A DNA stretch of 64,000 nt from an uncultured Candidatus Accumulibacter sp. GTDB lineage: Bacteria; Pseudomonadota; Gammaproteobacteria; Burkholderiales; Rhodocyclaceae. The DNA is taken from NCBI GenBank assembly GCA_964420975.1, contig CAYQVH010000018.1, positions 8,847 to 72,846 on the forward strand. The letters run 5' to 3'. Under the pieces are notes generated by a model. That model had not been told where the DNA came from, searched no databases, and saw only the letters and a list, made by a program, of their open reading frames with translations. Position numbers and translations under genes: made by a program. Of the stretch, positions 9,253 through 18,590 are shown piece by piece; within the stretch, counting starts at the first letter, position 1; each line of letters opens with the position of its first letter.

Positions 9253-9771
9253 ATGCGTCACTACCCCTCCGACAGCGCTGAAGCCATCGCCCGCGTCGTC
9301 TCTCTCGCCCTGCTTGCCGACGGAGGACTGGATAACAGCGAACTGCGAACCCTCGAACAGCGTGCGATTCTTGAGCAGCTGAAAGTTGGCGACGACACCT
9401 TCGATCGGGTGCTGCACGAGTTCTGCGACGACGTGCTGCTCACGGCACGTGCGCCAAACGTCGGCCAGATCGAACTCGACGGCGACGTCATCGACGGTCT
9501 GCTTGCCGACATTGGCTCGCCTGCACTGCAAAGACAGGCGCTGCGTGCGATTCTCGACATCGTCGCTGCCGACCGCTGTCTCAACGGCGGCGAAGCCGTC
9601 CTGGTGTCGCAGGCACTCAGCCGCTGGCAGCTCGATCTGTGTGACGTGGCGGACGGCGAGCCGTGGCCAGTCGAACGTTCTTGCGCGCCGGAAGAGGAAG
9701 TATGGGCCGACTGGACGCCACCGTTTGCGTCTCGCTCCGGCTTCCGTCCCGCGTCAGCGCCGGCCGCCTAG
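9253..9771 (+). CDS. TerB-like (tellurite resistance fold) protein
   Basis: SLALLADGGLDNSEL and IVAADRCLNGGE TerB-like helices; RBS AGGAG at 9241. Confidence 0.7.
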   Translation: MRHYPSDSAEAIARVVSLALLADGGLDNSELRTLEQRAILEQLKVGDDTFDRVLHEFCDDVLLTARAPNVGQIELDGDVIDGLLADIGSPALQRQALRAILDIVAADRCLNGGEAVLVSQALSRWQLDLCDVADGEPWPVERSCAPEEEVWADWTPPFASRSGFRPASAPAA

Positions 9772-10509
9772 CCCAAGGTAACTATTTATGACGCGGCGAT
9801 CGTCTGCCAGCTCGGCGCTCGTTCCGGAGAGCGCCAGCTCGCCGGTTTCGAGGACGTAGCCGTAGTCGGCGACCTGCAGCGCGGCGCGCGCGTTCTGCTC
9901 GACGAGGAGCATTGCGACGCCGCTTTTTCGCAGTCCGCTGATCGTCCGGAAGATCTCCTTGATCACCAGCGGTGCCAGGCCGAGGCTCGGTTCGTCGAGC
10001 AGCAGCAGGCGTGGCTTTGCCATCAGTGCGCGGCCCATCGCCAGCATCTGGCGCTCGCCGCCGGAGAGCGTGGCCGCGAGCTGCCGGCGACGCTCAAGCA
10101 GGCGAGGGAAGGTGTCGAACACCTGCTCGATCGTCTCCAGATGGTCACGGTGCCCGGCGCGATAGCGGTCGAAAGCACCAAGCAGCAGGTTGTCCTCGAC
10201 GCTCATTTCGGCAAACAGCTCGCGTTTCTCGGGAACCAGCGTCATCCCCTGGCGCACGCGCTGCTCGACGCTGCGCTGGCCGACGTTTCGTTCGCCGAGA
10301 TAGGCGATCTCGCCACGCGCTGGCAGCAGGCCGATCAACGCCGCGAGCAGCGTCGTCTTGCCGGCGCCGTTGGGGCCGATGACGGTGACGATCTCGCCGC
10401 GATGCACGGTCAGCGAGACGCCGTGCAGCGCGTCGACCTTGCCGTAGCTCACCGCCAGCTCGCGGACCTCGAGCACGACCGGCCGCTCGTCGGTTTCCGG
10501 CGGGATCAT
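9754..10509 (-). CDS. livF: Branched-chain amino acid ABC transporter ATPase (LivF-like)
   Basis: [36 protein letters not shown]. Confidence 0.93.
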   Translation of the reverse strand: MIPPETDERPVVLEVRELAVSYGKVDALHGVSLTVHRGEIVTVIGPNGAGKTTLLAALIGLLPARGEIAYLGERNVGQRSVEQRVRQGMTLVPEKRELFAEMSVEDNLLLGAFDRYRAGHRDHLETIEQVFDTFPRLLERRRQLAATLSGGERQMLAMGRALMAKPRLLLLDEPSLGLAPLVIKEIFRTISGLRKSGVAMLLVEQNARAALQVADYGYVLETGELALSGTSAELADDRRVINSYLGLGGRR

Positions 10510-12278
10510 TCGACTCCCCCAAGATACGCTTCGACGACCAGCGGGTTGCGCTGGATTTCTTCCGGCAGTCCGACGGCGAGCTTGCGTCCGAACTCCATGA
10601 CGACGACGCGATCAGCCAGACCCATGACGAAATCCATGTCGTGCTCAACGAGCAGGATGCCCAGGCCCTCGTCCCGCAGACGGCGCAGCAGGTCGGCGAG
10701 CGCCTGCTTCTCCAGGTAACGGAGGCCGGCCGCCGGCTCGTCGAGCAGCAACAGGCAGGGATCGGCGGCCAGGGCGCGCGCGATTTCGACCAGGCGCTGC
10801 TTGCCGAGCGGCAGACTGCCGGCGGCTTCGTGCAGCTGTTCGCCCAGACCGCAGCGCTCGCTCTGCGCCGCCGCTTCGCGCAGGAGGCGCGCCTCCTCGT
10901 CGCGGTCGGCACGGCAGGCGGCGGCGACGTAGCCTTGGCTGCCGCGCAGGTGGGCGCCGATGGCGACATTTTCGAGCACGCTCATCGTCGGCAACAGGCG
11001 CACGTGCTGGAAAGTCCGGCTCATGCCGAGACGGGCGATCTGGCGCGCCGGCAGTGTTTCGATGCGGCGGCCGCGAAACGTCACTTCACCCGAGGTCAGC
11101 CGGTCGACGCCGGAGAGTCCGTTGAACAGCGTTGTTTTGCCGGCGCCGTTGGGGCCGATCAACGCCATCACCTCGCCGGCCTGAACCTGAAAACTGACGC
11201 GATCGTTGGCGACCAGGCCACCGAAACGCTTGCTTGCGTCCTTGACGTCGAGCAGCGGCGACCCTCTCGTCGGCAGCGGCCGCCGCGTCAGCGCGGTCGC
11301 CTCGGGCAATCGCCGCCGCGGGCTGGGCGCCGCCGGCCAGAAGTGGGCGAGCAAGGGCCAGACGCCGTCACGCGCCCGCTGCAGGACGACGATCATCAAC
11401 AGCCCGAAAACGATCATCTCGAAGTTGCCGCTCTGCCCGAGCAGCCGCGGCAACCAGTCTTGCAACCACTGCTTGAGGATCGTGATCAGGGCGGCGCCGG
11501 CGATCGCTCCCCAAACGTGGGCGACGCCGCCGACGACGGCCATGAACAGGTACTCGATTCCCTGCGTCAGCGAAAACGGTGTCGGATTGACAAACCGCTG
11601 CAAGTGCGCGTACAGCCAGCCGGAGACGCTGGCGTAAAGCGCGGCGACGGTAAAGATGACGATCTTGGCGCGCGGCGTATGGACGCCCATCGCTTCGGCC
11701 ATCAGCGAGCCGCCGCGCAGAGCGCGGATCGCGCGTCCCTCGCGGGAATCGAGCAGGTTGCGCGTCGCCAGGACGAAAAGCAGGAGCAGCCCCCAGATGA
11801 GATAGAAGAATTCCCGTCCCGACCGAATCTCGTGCCCGGCAAGCGACAACGGCGGAATGCCGGTGATCCCGGTATGTCCGCCAAGCAGTTCGAGGTTGCC
11901 GAACAGGTAGTAGAAGCTGATGCCCCAGGCGATCGTCCCCAGCGGCAGGAAGTGCCCCGATAGCCGCAGGGTGACAAGGCCGAGCGAGACGGCGACGAGC
12001 GCCGTCAACAGCAGTCCGGCGGGGAGCGTCAACCACGGTGAAACGCCCAGCACGGTCGTCAGGTAGGCGGTCGTGTAGGCGCCGAGGCCGACGAACGCCG
12101 CCTGTCCGAACGAGGTCAGGCCGCCGACGCCGGTCAGCATCACCAGTCCGAGGGCAACGATCGCGTAGAGCCCGATGTAATTGAGCAGGGTGACGCTGAA
12201 CTCGGGCAGCAGCAGGGGCGCCGCCGCGAGCACGGTCAGCAGGCCGCCGGCCGTCGCCGCCTGCCAGTGGCGGCTCAT
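10506..12278 (-). CDS. Fused branched-chain amino acid ABC permease/ATPase (LivM-LivG)
   Basis: N-terminal LivM TMs ([13 protein letters not shown]), C-terminal [22 protein letters not shown]. Confidence 0.92.
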   Translation of the reverse strand: MSRHWQAATAGGLLTVLAAAPLLLPEFSVTLLNYIGLYAIVALGLVMLTGVGGLTSFGQAAFVGLGAYTTAYLTTVLGVSPWLTLPAGLLLTALVAVSLGLVTLRLSGHFLPLGTIAWGISFYYLFGNLELLGGHTGITGIPPLSLAGHEIRSGREFFYLIWGLLLLFVLATRNLLDSREGRAIRALRGGSLMAEAMGVHTPRAKIVIFTVAALYASVSGWLYAHLQRFVNPTPFSLTQGIEYLFMAVVGGVAHVWGAIAGAALITILKQWLQDWLPRLLGQSGNFEMIVFGLLMIVVLQRARDGVWPLLAHFWPAAPSPRRRLPEATALTRRPLPTRGSPLLDVKDASKRFGGLVANDRVSFQVQAGEVMALIGPNGAGKTTLFNGLSGVDRLTSGEVTFRGRRIETLPARQIARLGMSRTFQHVRLLPTMSVLENVAIGAHLRGSQGYVAAACRADRDEEARLLREAAAQSERCGLGEQLHEAAGSLPLGKQRLVEIARALAADPCLLLLDEPAAGLRYLEKQALADLLRRLRDEGLGILLVEHDMDFVMGLADRVVVMEFGRKLAVGLPEEIQRNPLVVEAYLGGVE

Positions 12279-13309
12279 GGTTCTTCCACGTGCGGCGTCT
12301 TCAGCGAGCGCCAGAGCAGCACCGGGAGGATCAGCGTGAACACGATGACCTCCTTGAAGGCGCTCGCCCAGAACGACGAATACGCTTCGAGCAGGCCGAC
12401 CAACACGGCGCCGGCGGCAGCCAGGGGATAGCTGGCGAGACCGCCGATGATCGCGCCGACGAAACCCTTGAGGCCGATCAGAAAGCCCGAGTCGTAGTAC
12501 ACGGTGGTGATCGGTGAAATCAGGATTCCCGAGAGGGCGCCAATCGCCGCTGCGAGACCAAACGAGAGTCTCCCGGCGAGCGTTCCGGAAATGCCCATCA
12601 GCCGGGCGCCGGTACGGTTCATTGCCGTTGCCCGCAAGGCCTTGCCGTAAATCGTCCGTTCAAAGAAAAGGTAGAGGGCGACAATCAGCAGCAGGCTGGC
12701 GACGATCACCAGCAGCGTCTGACCCTGCAGCACGGTGTTGCCGAGTTCAAAGCTGACGTCGGTGAAGGCCGGCGTACGCGAGCCTTCAGCGCCGAAGAAG
12801 AGGAGACCGAGTCCGACCAGCGCGACATGGATGGCGACCGAAACGATCAGCAGAACGAGAATCGACGCTTCGGCAACCGGTTGATAGGCGAGGCGGTAAA
12901 TCATCGGCCCCAGCGGAACGACCAGCATCAGGCAAAGCACGATCTGCAGCGGCAGCGGCAGCGTCGCAGCCGAAACGGCGAGCAGCGCGCCGGCGAGCAA
13001 TAGCGGCGCGCCGCAATTGACCAGCAGGATCAGCGGCAGCCGCCCGTAGTGCCGGTTGCGCAACGCCCGCGTCCCGTCGATCAGGGCAATCACCGTGCCC
13101 AGCGCGAGCAACAGCCAGAGCGTCGCCGGCAGCCGATCGGCCTGCAAGCTCGCCAGCGTCAGCGCGCCAAAGGCGACGAACTCGCCCTGCGGAATGAAGA
13201 TCACGCGCGTGACGGCAAAGACGAGCACCAGCGCCAGCGCCAGCAGCGCGTAAATGGCGCCGTTGCTCAGACCGTCCTGTCCGAGCAGCAGTGCAATCTG
13301 CAAGTCCAT
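12275..13309 (-). CDS. livH: Branched-chain amino acid ABC permease (LivH-like)
   Basis: [28 protein letters not shown] motifs. Confidence 0.9.
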   Translation of the reverse strand: MDLQIALLLGQDGLSNGAIYALLALALVLVFAVTRVIFIPQGEFVAFGALTLASLQADRLPATLWLLLALGTVIALIDGTRALRNRHYGRLPLILLVNCGAPLLLAGALLAVSAATLPLPLQIVLCLMLVVPLGPMIYRLAYQPVAEASILVLLIVSVAIHVALVGLGLLFFGAEGSRTPAFTDVSFELGNTVLQGQTLLVIVASLLLIVALYLFFERTIYGKALRATAMNRTGARLMGISGTLAGRLSFGLAAAIGALSGILISPITTVYYDSGFLIGLKGFVGAIIGGLASYPLAAAGAVLVGLLEAYSSFWASAFKEVIVFTLILPVLLWRSLKTPHVEEP

Positions 13310-13385
13310 GCCGATTATCCCGTCGCGCCAGCGGCGGCCGACGCGCAGGCAGCGGCCGCCTTCCGCCGCCGCCGCGCAACGCGGG

Positions 13386-14534
13386 CTACTTGACCAGCTT
13401 CCAGCTGCCGCCTTCGATCTTCACCATTACTCGCGAGCGCTGGTCAAAACCCAAGTGGTCCTGCGCGCTGAGGTTGAAAACGCCGTGCGCCACGGTCAGG
13501 TTACGCGTGTTTTCGAGACTTTCGCGCAGCGCCCGGCGGAATTCCGGCGTCCCTGGCGACGCCTTCTTGAGGGCCGCCGGGACAGCGTTGGCGAGCAGCT
13601 TGCCGGCGTCCCAGGCGTGGGCGCCGAAGGTCGACACGCTGCCTTTCCCATGCACGGCTTCGTAGGCATTCACGTACTCGAGCGCAGCCTTCTTCACCGG
13701 GTTGCTGTCCGGCAACTGTGCGGCGACAAGCACCGGACCCGCGGGGAAGAACGTGCCCTCGCAATCCTTGCCGCAAACCCGTAGAAAGTCGGCGTTGGCA
13801 ACCCCGTGCGTCTGGTAAAGGACTCCATTGTAGCCCTTCTCCTTCAGCGATTTCTGCGGCAGAGCGGCGGGCGTCCCGGCACCGCCGATGAGCACGGCGT
13901 CGGGTTTGGCGGCGAGAATCTTCAGGATCTGACCGGTGACCGTCGTGTCCGAGCGGTTGAAGCGTTCGTTGGCGACGATCTGGATCTTGCGCGCTTCGGC
14001 GATCTTTGAGAACTCGTTCCACCAGCCTTCGCCGTAAGCGTCGGCAAAGCCGATATACGCCACCGTCCGCACCTGGCTGTCGAGCATGTGCTGGACGATC
14101 GCGGTCGCCATCTGCGCGTCGTTCTGCGGCGTCTTGAATACCCAGGCGCGCTTGGCGTCCATCGGCTCGATGATCCGTGACGACGCCGCCATCGCGATCA
14201 TCGGGGTTTCGGCCTCGGCGACGGCGTCGATCATCGCCAGCGAATTGGGCGACGTCGTCGAGCCGATGATGACGTCGACCTTGTTCTCGGCGATCAGCTT
14301 GCGCGTGTTCTTCACTGCCGTCGTCGTATCCGAGGCGTCGTCGAGGACGAGGTAATTCACTTTCTGGCCGGCAATCGTCGTCGGCAGCAGGGCCACCGTA
14401 TTTTTCTCCGGAATCCCCAATGACGCTGCCGGACCGGTCGCCGACAGCGTCACGCCGACGTTGATCTCGGCGTGCACAGCGCCGGCGACGATCGTCGCCG
14501 CGGCGGTCAGCCAGGCCGCAAGTGTCCTTCTCAT
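13386..14534 (-). CDS. Branched-chain amino acid ABC substrate-binding protein (PBP type 1)
   Basis: Signal peptide MRRTLAAW...VHA, SATGPAASLGIPE, LDDASD; start at ATG 14534. Confidence 0.9.
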   Translation of the reverse strand: MRRTLAAWLTAAATIVAGAVHAEINVGVTLSATGPAASLGIPEKNTVALLPTTIAGQKVNYLVLDDASDTTTAVKNTRKLIAENKVDVIIGSTTSPNSLAMIDAVAEAETPMIAMAASSRIIEPMDAKRAWVFKTPQNDAQMATAIVQHMLDSQVRTVAYIGFADAYGEGWWNEFSKIAEARKIQIVANERFNRSDTTVTGQILKILAAKPDAVLIGGAGTPAALPQKSLKEKGYNGVLYQTHGVANADFLRVCGKDCEGTFFPAGPVLVAAQLPDSNPVKKAALEYVNAYEAVHGKGSVSTFGAHAWDAGKLLANAVPAALKKASPGTPEFRRALRESLENTRNLTVAHGVFNLSAQDHLGFDQRSRVMVKIEGGSWKLVK

Positions 14535-14604
14535 CGTTCCCGTCCTCCCTCTGGTCGAAGCGCAACAAACCCCCATTGTGCGGCCATGGGAATCGCCAGA
14601 CAAG

Positions 14605-15384
14605 TTAAACGAAGGTGTCGTAAGCGAAACGCGCGATGAAGACGCCGACGACGAGCAGAAAGGCGCGGCGGACGAAGGCGCTGCCGTGGCGCAACGCGAG
14701 GTACGTGCCGACCAGCGAGCCGACGACGTTGCAACTCGCCATCAGTACCGCCAGCGGCAGCAGCAAGTGGTCGTGCGGAATGAAATACGCCAGGGCCGCC
14801 AGATTGGTCGCCACATTGACCACCTTCGCCGCCGCCGAGGCGTGCAGAAAATCGAAACCGAAGAAGCGAATAAAGAGAAAAATCAGGAAGCTGCCGGTCG
14901 CCGGCCCGAAAAAGCCGTCGTAAAAACCGATCGCGCCGCCGACCAGCAGCGCGTAGGCAAATTCACGACGGCCGCTGTGTTGCGGGCGGTGCACGGCGCC
15001 AAAGTCGCGGCGCCAGTAGATGTAGGCGGCGGCGCCAATCAGCAGAAGCAGGATCAACGGCCGCAGCAGCGCCGGTGGCAACCGGGCGACCGCCATCGCG
15101 CCGAGATACGAGCAGGAGAACGCCGCCGCCGCCGCGGGCAAGGTCGTTCGCCACGGCATGCGAATGCGGCGCGCGTAGCGCCAGGCCGCGTTGCTGGTTC
15201 CGAAGACGCTCGAAAACTTGTTGGTACCAAACAGCGTCGCCGCGCTCTCCTGCGGCAAGGCGCCGAACAACGCCGGAATCTGCACCAGCCCCCCGCCTCC
15301 GGCGACGGAATCAATAAAGCCGGCGAGCACCGCTGCGACCGCCAGCACACCCAGTGGCAGCGGGTCGAGGCCGGCAATCGTCAC
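14605..15384 (-). CDS. TSUP (TauE/SafE) family transporter
   Basis: AGFIDSVAGGGGL, GFYDGFFGPATGSF repeats. Confidence 0.92.
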   Translation of the reverse strand: MTIAGLDPLPLGVLAVAAVLAGFIDSVAGGGGLVQIPALFGALPQESAATLFGTNKFSSVFGTSNAAWRYARRIRMPWRTTLPAAAAAFSCSYLGAMAVARLPPALLRPLILLLLIGAAAYIYWRRDFGAVHRPQHSGRREFAYALLVGGAIGFYDGFFGPATGSFLIFLFIRFFGFDFLHASAAAKVVNVATNLAALAYFIPHDHLLLPLAVLMASCNVVGSLVGTYLALRHGSAFVRRAFLLVVGVFIARFAYDTFV

Positions 15385-16158
15385 TCAGCGCTGCGCCAGC
15401 AAAAACAGGCGCCGGAACGGAAACAGCGTCGTTCCGTTCGGTTGCCGCGGGTACGCGACACGCAGGCGCGCCCGGTACGCGGCGAGAAAATGCTCGGCCG
15501 TCGCCGCGTCGAGGCGTGCCAGATAAGGCCGCAAGGTCGTTCCCTGCATCCAGTCGAGCAGGCCGTCGTCGCCGGCGAGGGCGTGCAGATACGTCGTTTC
15601 CCAGATCGAAAGCTGGCGGCAGTACGGCGCCAGCAAGTCGAAATAGTCCCTGGCGGCAAGCACGGCACCGAGGCGAACGCCGGCGAACGCCGCCTGCCAG
15701 CCGGGATCACCCGCCAGGTCGACGAGGATCTGGTGCGACGGCGCGTCGAAGTTGGCCGGCATCTGCACCGCCAGCACGCCGTTTTCGGCGAGCTGATCCA
15801 ACAACTGCGGCAACAGGCGCTCGTGATGCGGCAGCCAGTGCAGCGCCGCGTTCGAGAAGATCAGCCCAGGCGGTTGCGCCGCCTGCCAGTCGGCAATGTC
15901 GCCCGCCTCCCAGACGATCCGCTCGGCCGGCGTCGCCGCCGCTTGGCCGAGCATCGCTGCGTCACTGTCGATCGCCGTGATCTGCGCCGATGGCCAGCGC
16001 GCAGCGAGCAGGCGCGTAATGTTGCCGGCGCCGCAGCCGAGATCGACGATCGTGGCGACATCGCCAGCGACGATTTCCCCGGCTCGGGCCAGCAGGTCGA
16101 GCGCCGGCCGCCGGCGCTCTGCGGCGTACTTCAGATAGAGATCCGGATCCCAGCCCAT
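15385..16158 (-). CDS. tam: Trans-aconitate 2-methyltransferase
   Basis: WDPDLYLKYAAERRRPALDLL, DLGCGAGN, FSNAALHW, GTTLRP, FPFRRLF. Confidence 0.88.
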   Translation of the reverse strand: MGWDPDLYLKYAAERRRPALDLLARAGEIVAGDVATIVDLGCGAGNITRLLAARWPSAQITAIDSDAAMLGQAAATPAERIVWEAGDIADWQAAQPPGLIFSNAALHWLPHHERLLPQLLDQLAENGVLAVQMPANFDAPSHQILVDLAGDPGWQAAFAGVRLGAVLAARDYFDLLAPYCRQLSIWETTYLHALAGDDGLLDWMQGTTLRPYLARLDAATAEHFLAAYRARLRVAYPRQPNGTTLFPFRRLFLLAQR

Positions 16159-16284
16159 CGACTTCCTCCCTTCATGGCGGCTGACGGCGCCGTCGCCCGC
16201 GCGACCGCCGTCAGTATGCGCCTGCTTTCATCGCTACTGGCATCGGCGTCAACACTCCGTCCGGCCGGCGTTTAGTCTCCGCAG

Positions 16285-16298
16285 TTGACATTGATCAC
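16285..16298. promoter_or_regulatory. Possible FNR/CRP-family box
   Basis: TTGAC-ATTG-ATCAC vs consensus TTGAT-N4-ATCAA, 100 bp upstream of a cytochrome c gene. Confidence 0.35.
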
Positions 16299-16397
16299 AA
16301 AAGGGTCAAATTTCCGTCATCTTGTTTGCTCGTCGAGCAGGCGAGCAGTTAAGTTAGCAGTGGATGGGGCATACAACGTGACGAGGAGGAAAAAAGT

Positions 16398-16814
16398 ATG
16401 AACCGAAAGGTGATCAACATTCTGGTGCTGGCTGCCTGGGTAGCCGGAGGCGAGGGAATTGCCGGCGAACGCATCGATCTCGGCAAGGCTGAGTACGAGT
16501 CAAACTGCGTCCTCTGTCACGGGCGCGACCTCAAGGGCGGCGCGTATGTCGATTTTCTAAAGGTTACGCCGCCCGATCTATCGCAGCTGGCGAAGAAGAA
16601 CGGCGGCGTGTTTCCGGTCGAACGGGTGTATGCGATGATCGACGGCCGCCAGGAAGTCAAGGCCCACGGTGGTCGCGACATGCCGATCTGGGGCCGGGAT
16701 TATCAGCTCAAAGCCGCACAGCACTACGTCGACGTCGCCTACGATCCGGAAACTTTTATTCGTGGTCGCATCCTGGCGCTGATCGACTATCTGAATCGAA
16801 TGCAAAGCAGATAG
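16398..16814 (+). CDS. Periplasmic monoheme cytochrome c
   Basis: Signal peptide, CVLCH heme motif, PPDL, HGGRDMPIWG with axial Met. Confidence 0.9.
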   Translation: MNRKVINILVLAAWVAGGEGIAGERIDLGKAEYESNCVLCHGRDLKGGAYVDFLKVTPPDLSQLAKKNGGVFPVERVYAMIDGRQEVKAHGGRDMPIWGRDYQLKAAQHYVDVAYDPETFIRGRILALIDYLNRMQSR

Positions 16815-16874
16815 GTGGGCGATTGCCGCCAATAGCCGCGATAATCCCCCTCTCTTGCCTCGCGGGGTACTCGG

Positions 16875-17831
16875 ATGTGGGGAGGGGTTGCTTTTGCGCT
16901 CGCCGCCGGAATGCTCTGGGGACTGGTTTTCATCGCCCCGCTGCTGCTCCCCGAGTACCCGCCGGCGCTGCTTTCGTGTGGTCGCTATCTGGCGTTCGGG
17001 CTGATCACGCTGCCGCTCGCCTGGTTCGACCGCCACGAACTGGCGCGTTTGAGTCGGGCGGACTGGCTGGCCGCGCTCAAGCTGGCGGCGATCGGCAACC
17101 TGCTTTACTACCTTTGCCTAGCGAGCGCGATCCAGCGCGCCGGCGGGCCGCTGCCGACGATGATCATCGGCACGCTGCCGGTAGTGATCGCGATCTGTGC
17201 CAACCTGCGCGGCGACGCGCGTGACGGCCGGCTCCCGTGGCGGCGGCTGGCGCCGTCGCTGCTCGTCATCACCGCCGGCATTGCCTGCGTCAATCGCGCC
17301 GAATTTGCCTTGGTCGCCAACGACGCGGCCGCCGACACTCGGCGCTACGCGATCGGCGCACTGCTTGCCGTCGGCGCCGTCGCCTGCTGGACTTGGTACC
17401 CGCTGCGCAACGCCGACTGGCTGCGCGAACACCCCGGCCGTCAGCCGCGCGCCTGGGCGAGCGCGCAAGGGCTGGCGACGCTGCCGTTGGCGCTCGCCGC
17501 CTACCTCGTCTTCTGGCTGGCACTCGCGGTCAGCGATGACGCGCTGCCGATGCCGTTCGGTCCACGCCCGGCCGCTTTCGTCGGCCTGATGGCGGCGATC
17601 GGCCTGTTCGCGTCTTGGCTCGGCACGCTGTGCTGGAACGAGGCCAGTCAACGTCTGCCGCCGGCGCTCGCCGGTCAGCTCATCGTCTTTGAGACGCTCG
17701 CCGCGCTCGCCTACGCCTTTGCGCTCCGTGCGCAGTGTCCGCCGTCGCTGACCCTGACGGGGATCGCGCTGCTTGTCGGCGGTGTTCTTTGGGCGCTACG
17801 GATCAAGCCGCAACGAACGAACCGCGGGTGA
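16875..17831 (+). CDS. DMT/EamA family transporter (YtfF-like)
   Basis: About 10 TMs; GQLIVFETL motif. Confidence 0.85.
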   Translation: MWGGVAFALAAGMLWGLVFIAPLLLPEYPPALLSCGRYLAFGLITLPLAWFDRHELARLSRADWLAALKLAAIGNLLYYLCLASAIQRAGGPLPTMIIGTLPVVIAICANLRGDARDGRLPWRRLAPSLLVITAGIACVNRAEFALVANDAAADTRRYAIGALLAVGAVACWTWYPLRNADWLREHPGRQPRAWASAQGLATLPLALAAYLVFWLALAVSDDALPMPFGPRPAAFVGLMAAIGLFASWLGTLCWNEASQRLPPALAGQLIVFETLAALAYAFALRAQCPPSLTLTGIALLVGGVLWALRIKPQRTNRG

Positions 17832-17942
17832 CGCGTCCGGCAATGGTGGCCCCGTTTGTTGGGACAAAAAAGGCTCCAGGACTGATTGGCCCACTCGACG
17901 GCGAGATCGCGCAGGATTTCGGGGAAAGTTCCCTCGGTCGGG

Positions 17943-18584
17943 TCAGTCTTCCGCTTTCCCAGGCGGCGTCGATCTTGGGTCACCCTTGGCAGACGAAATT
18001 CCGGCGGAATCACCGTCGCCGGAGGGCTGCGTCACGTGACGCTGCATCGAGGCGAAGAAACGGTCGTAGAAGGGGCCGGCGGGAATCGTTTCACTCGCCA
18101 CCTTGACCAGCGAGTCTTCGCTCGCCGCGAGCGGTATCGACAGCGACCCGAAGGCGGCGACGCCGACGCTCGCCGAGTTGGGGTTCTTCTTCAGCGCATA
18201 ACGGTCCTGGATCGCGTTGACATAGGCCGTCGTCACGGCCTCGGCCCCGCTTTCCGCGGCGCAGACGACGTGAAAGACGATCTGCACGTGCACCTCGCCT
18301 TCCGGCTGAAAATGCTTGGTCGCACTGACAAAATCGCGACGCGCCGTGTTCACCAGATAGCCCTGGCTGAGCAGGGCGCGACGTGCGGCTTCGCAGGTCG
18401 CCTCGACGCTGGCGTCGAAGAGTCGGGAGAAAGTCTCGCTCGCCTCGAAACGTTCGTTCTGGTAGACGGCCAGTGTGCTACGCGAACCGCCACAGCCTGC
18501 CAGCAGCAAAATGGCCAGTGTGCCGAGCAGGTAGCGCGACAGCGATCGTCTCGCCGCCAACGGCTTAAACGAGCGGTACCCCAT
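17943..18584 (-). CDS. DUF2242 family lipoprotein
   Basis: Lipobox LLAGC; CEAARRALLSQGY, KVASETIP motifs. Confidence 0.8.
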   Translation of the reverse strand: MGYRSFKPLAARRSLSRYLLGTLAILLLAGCGGSRSTLAVYQNERFEASETFSRLFDASVEATCEAARRALLSQGYLVNTARRDFVSATKHFQPEGEVHVQIVFHVVCAAESGAEAVTTAYVNAIQDRYALKKNPNSASVGVAAFGSLSIPLAASEDSLVKVASETIPAGPFYDRFFASMQRHVTQPSGDGDSAGISSAKGDPRSTPPGKAED

Positions 18585-18590
18585 GCCGCT

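Noticed and set aside
14461-16275. 604-aa plus-strand ORF
   Set aside because: Antisense shadow of the TSUP and tam genes in GC-rich DNA; no motifs.
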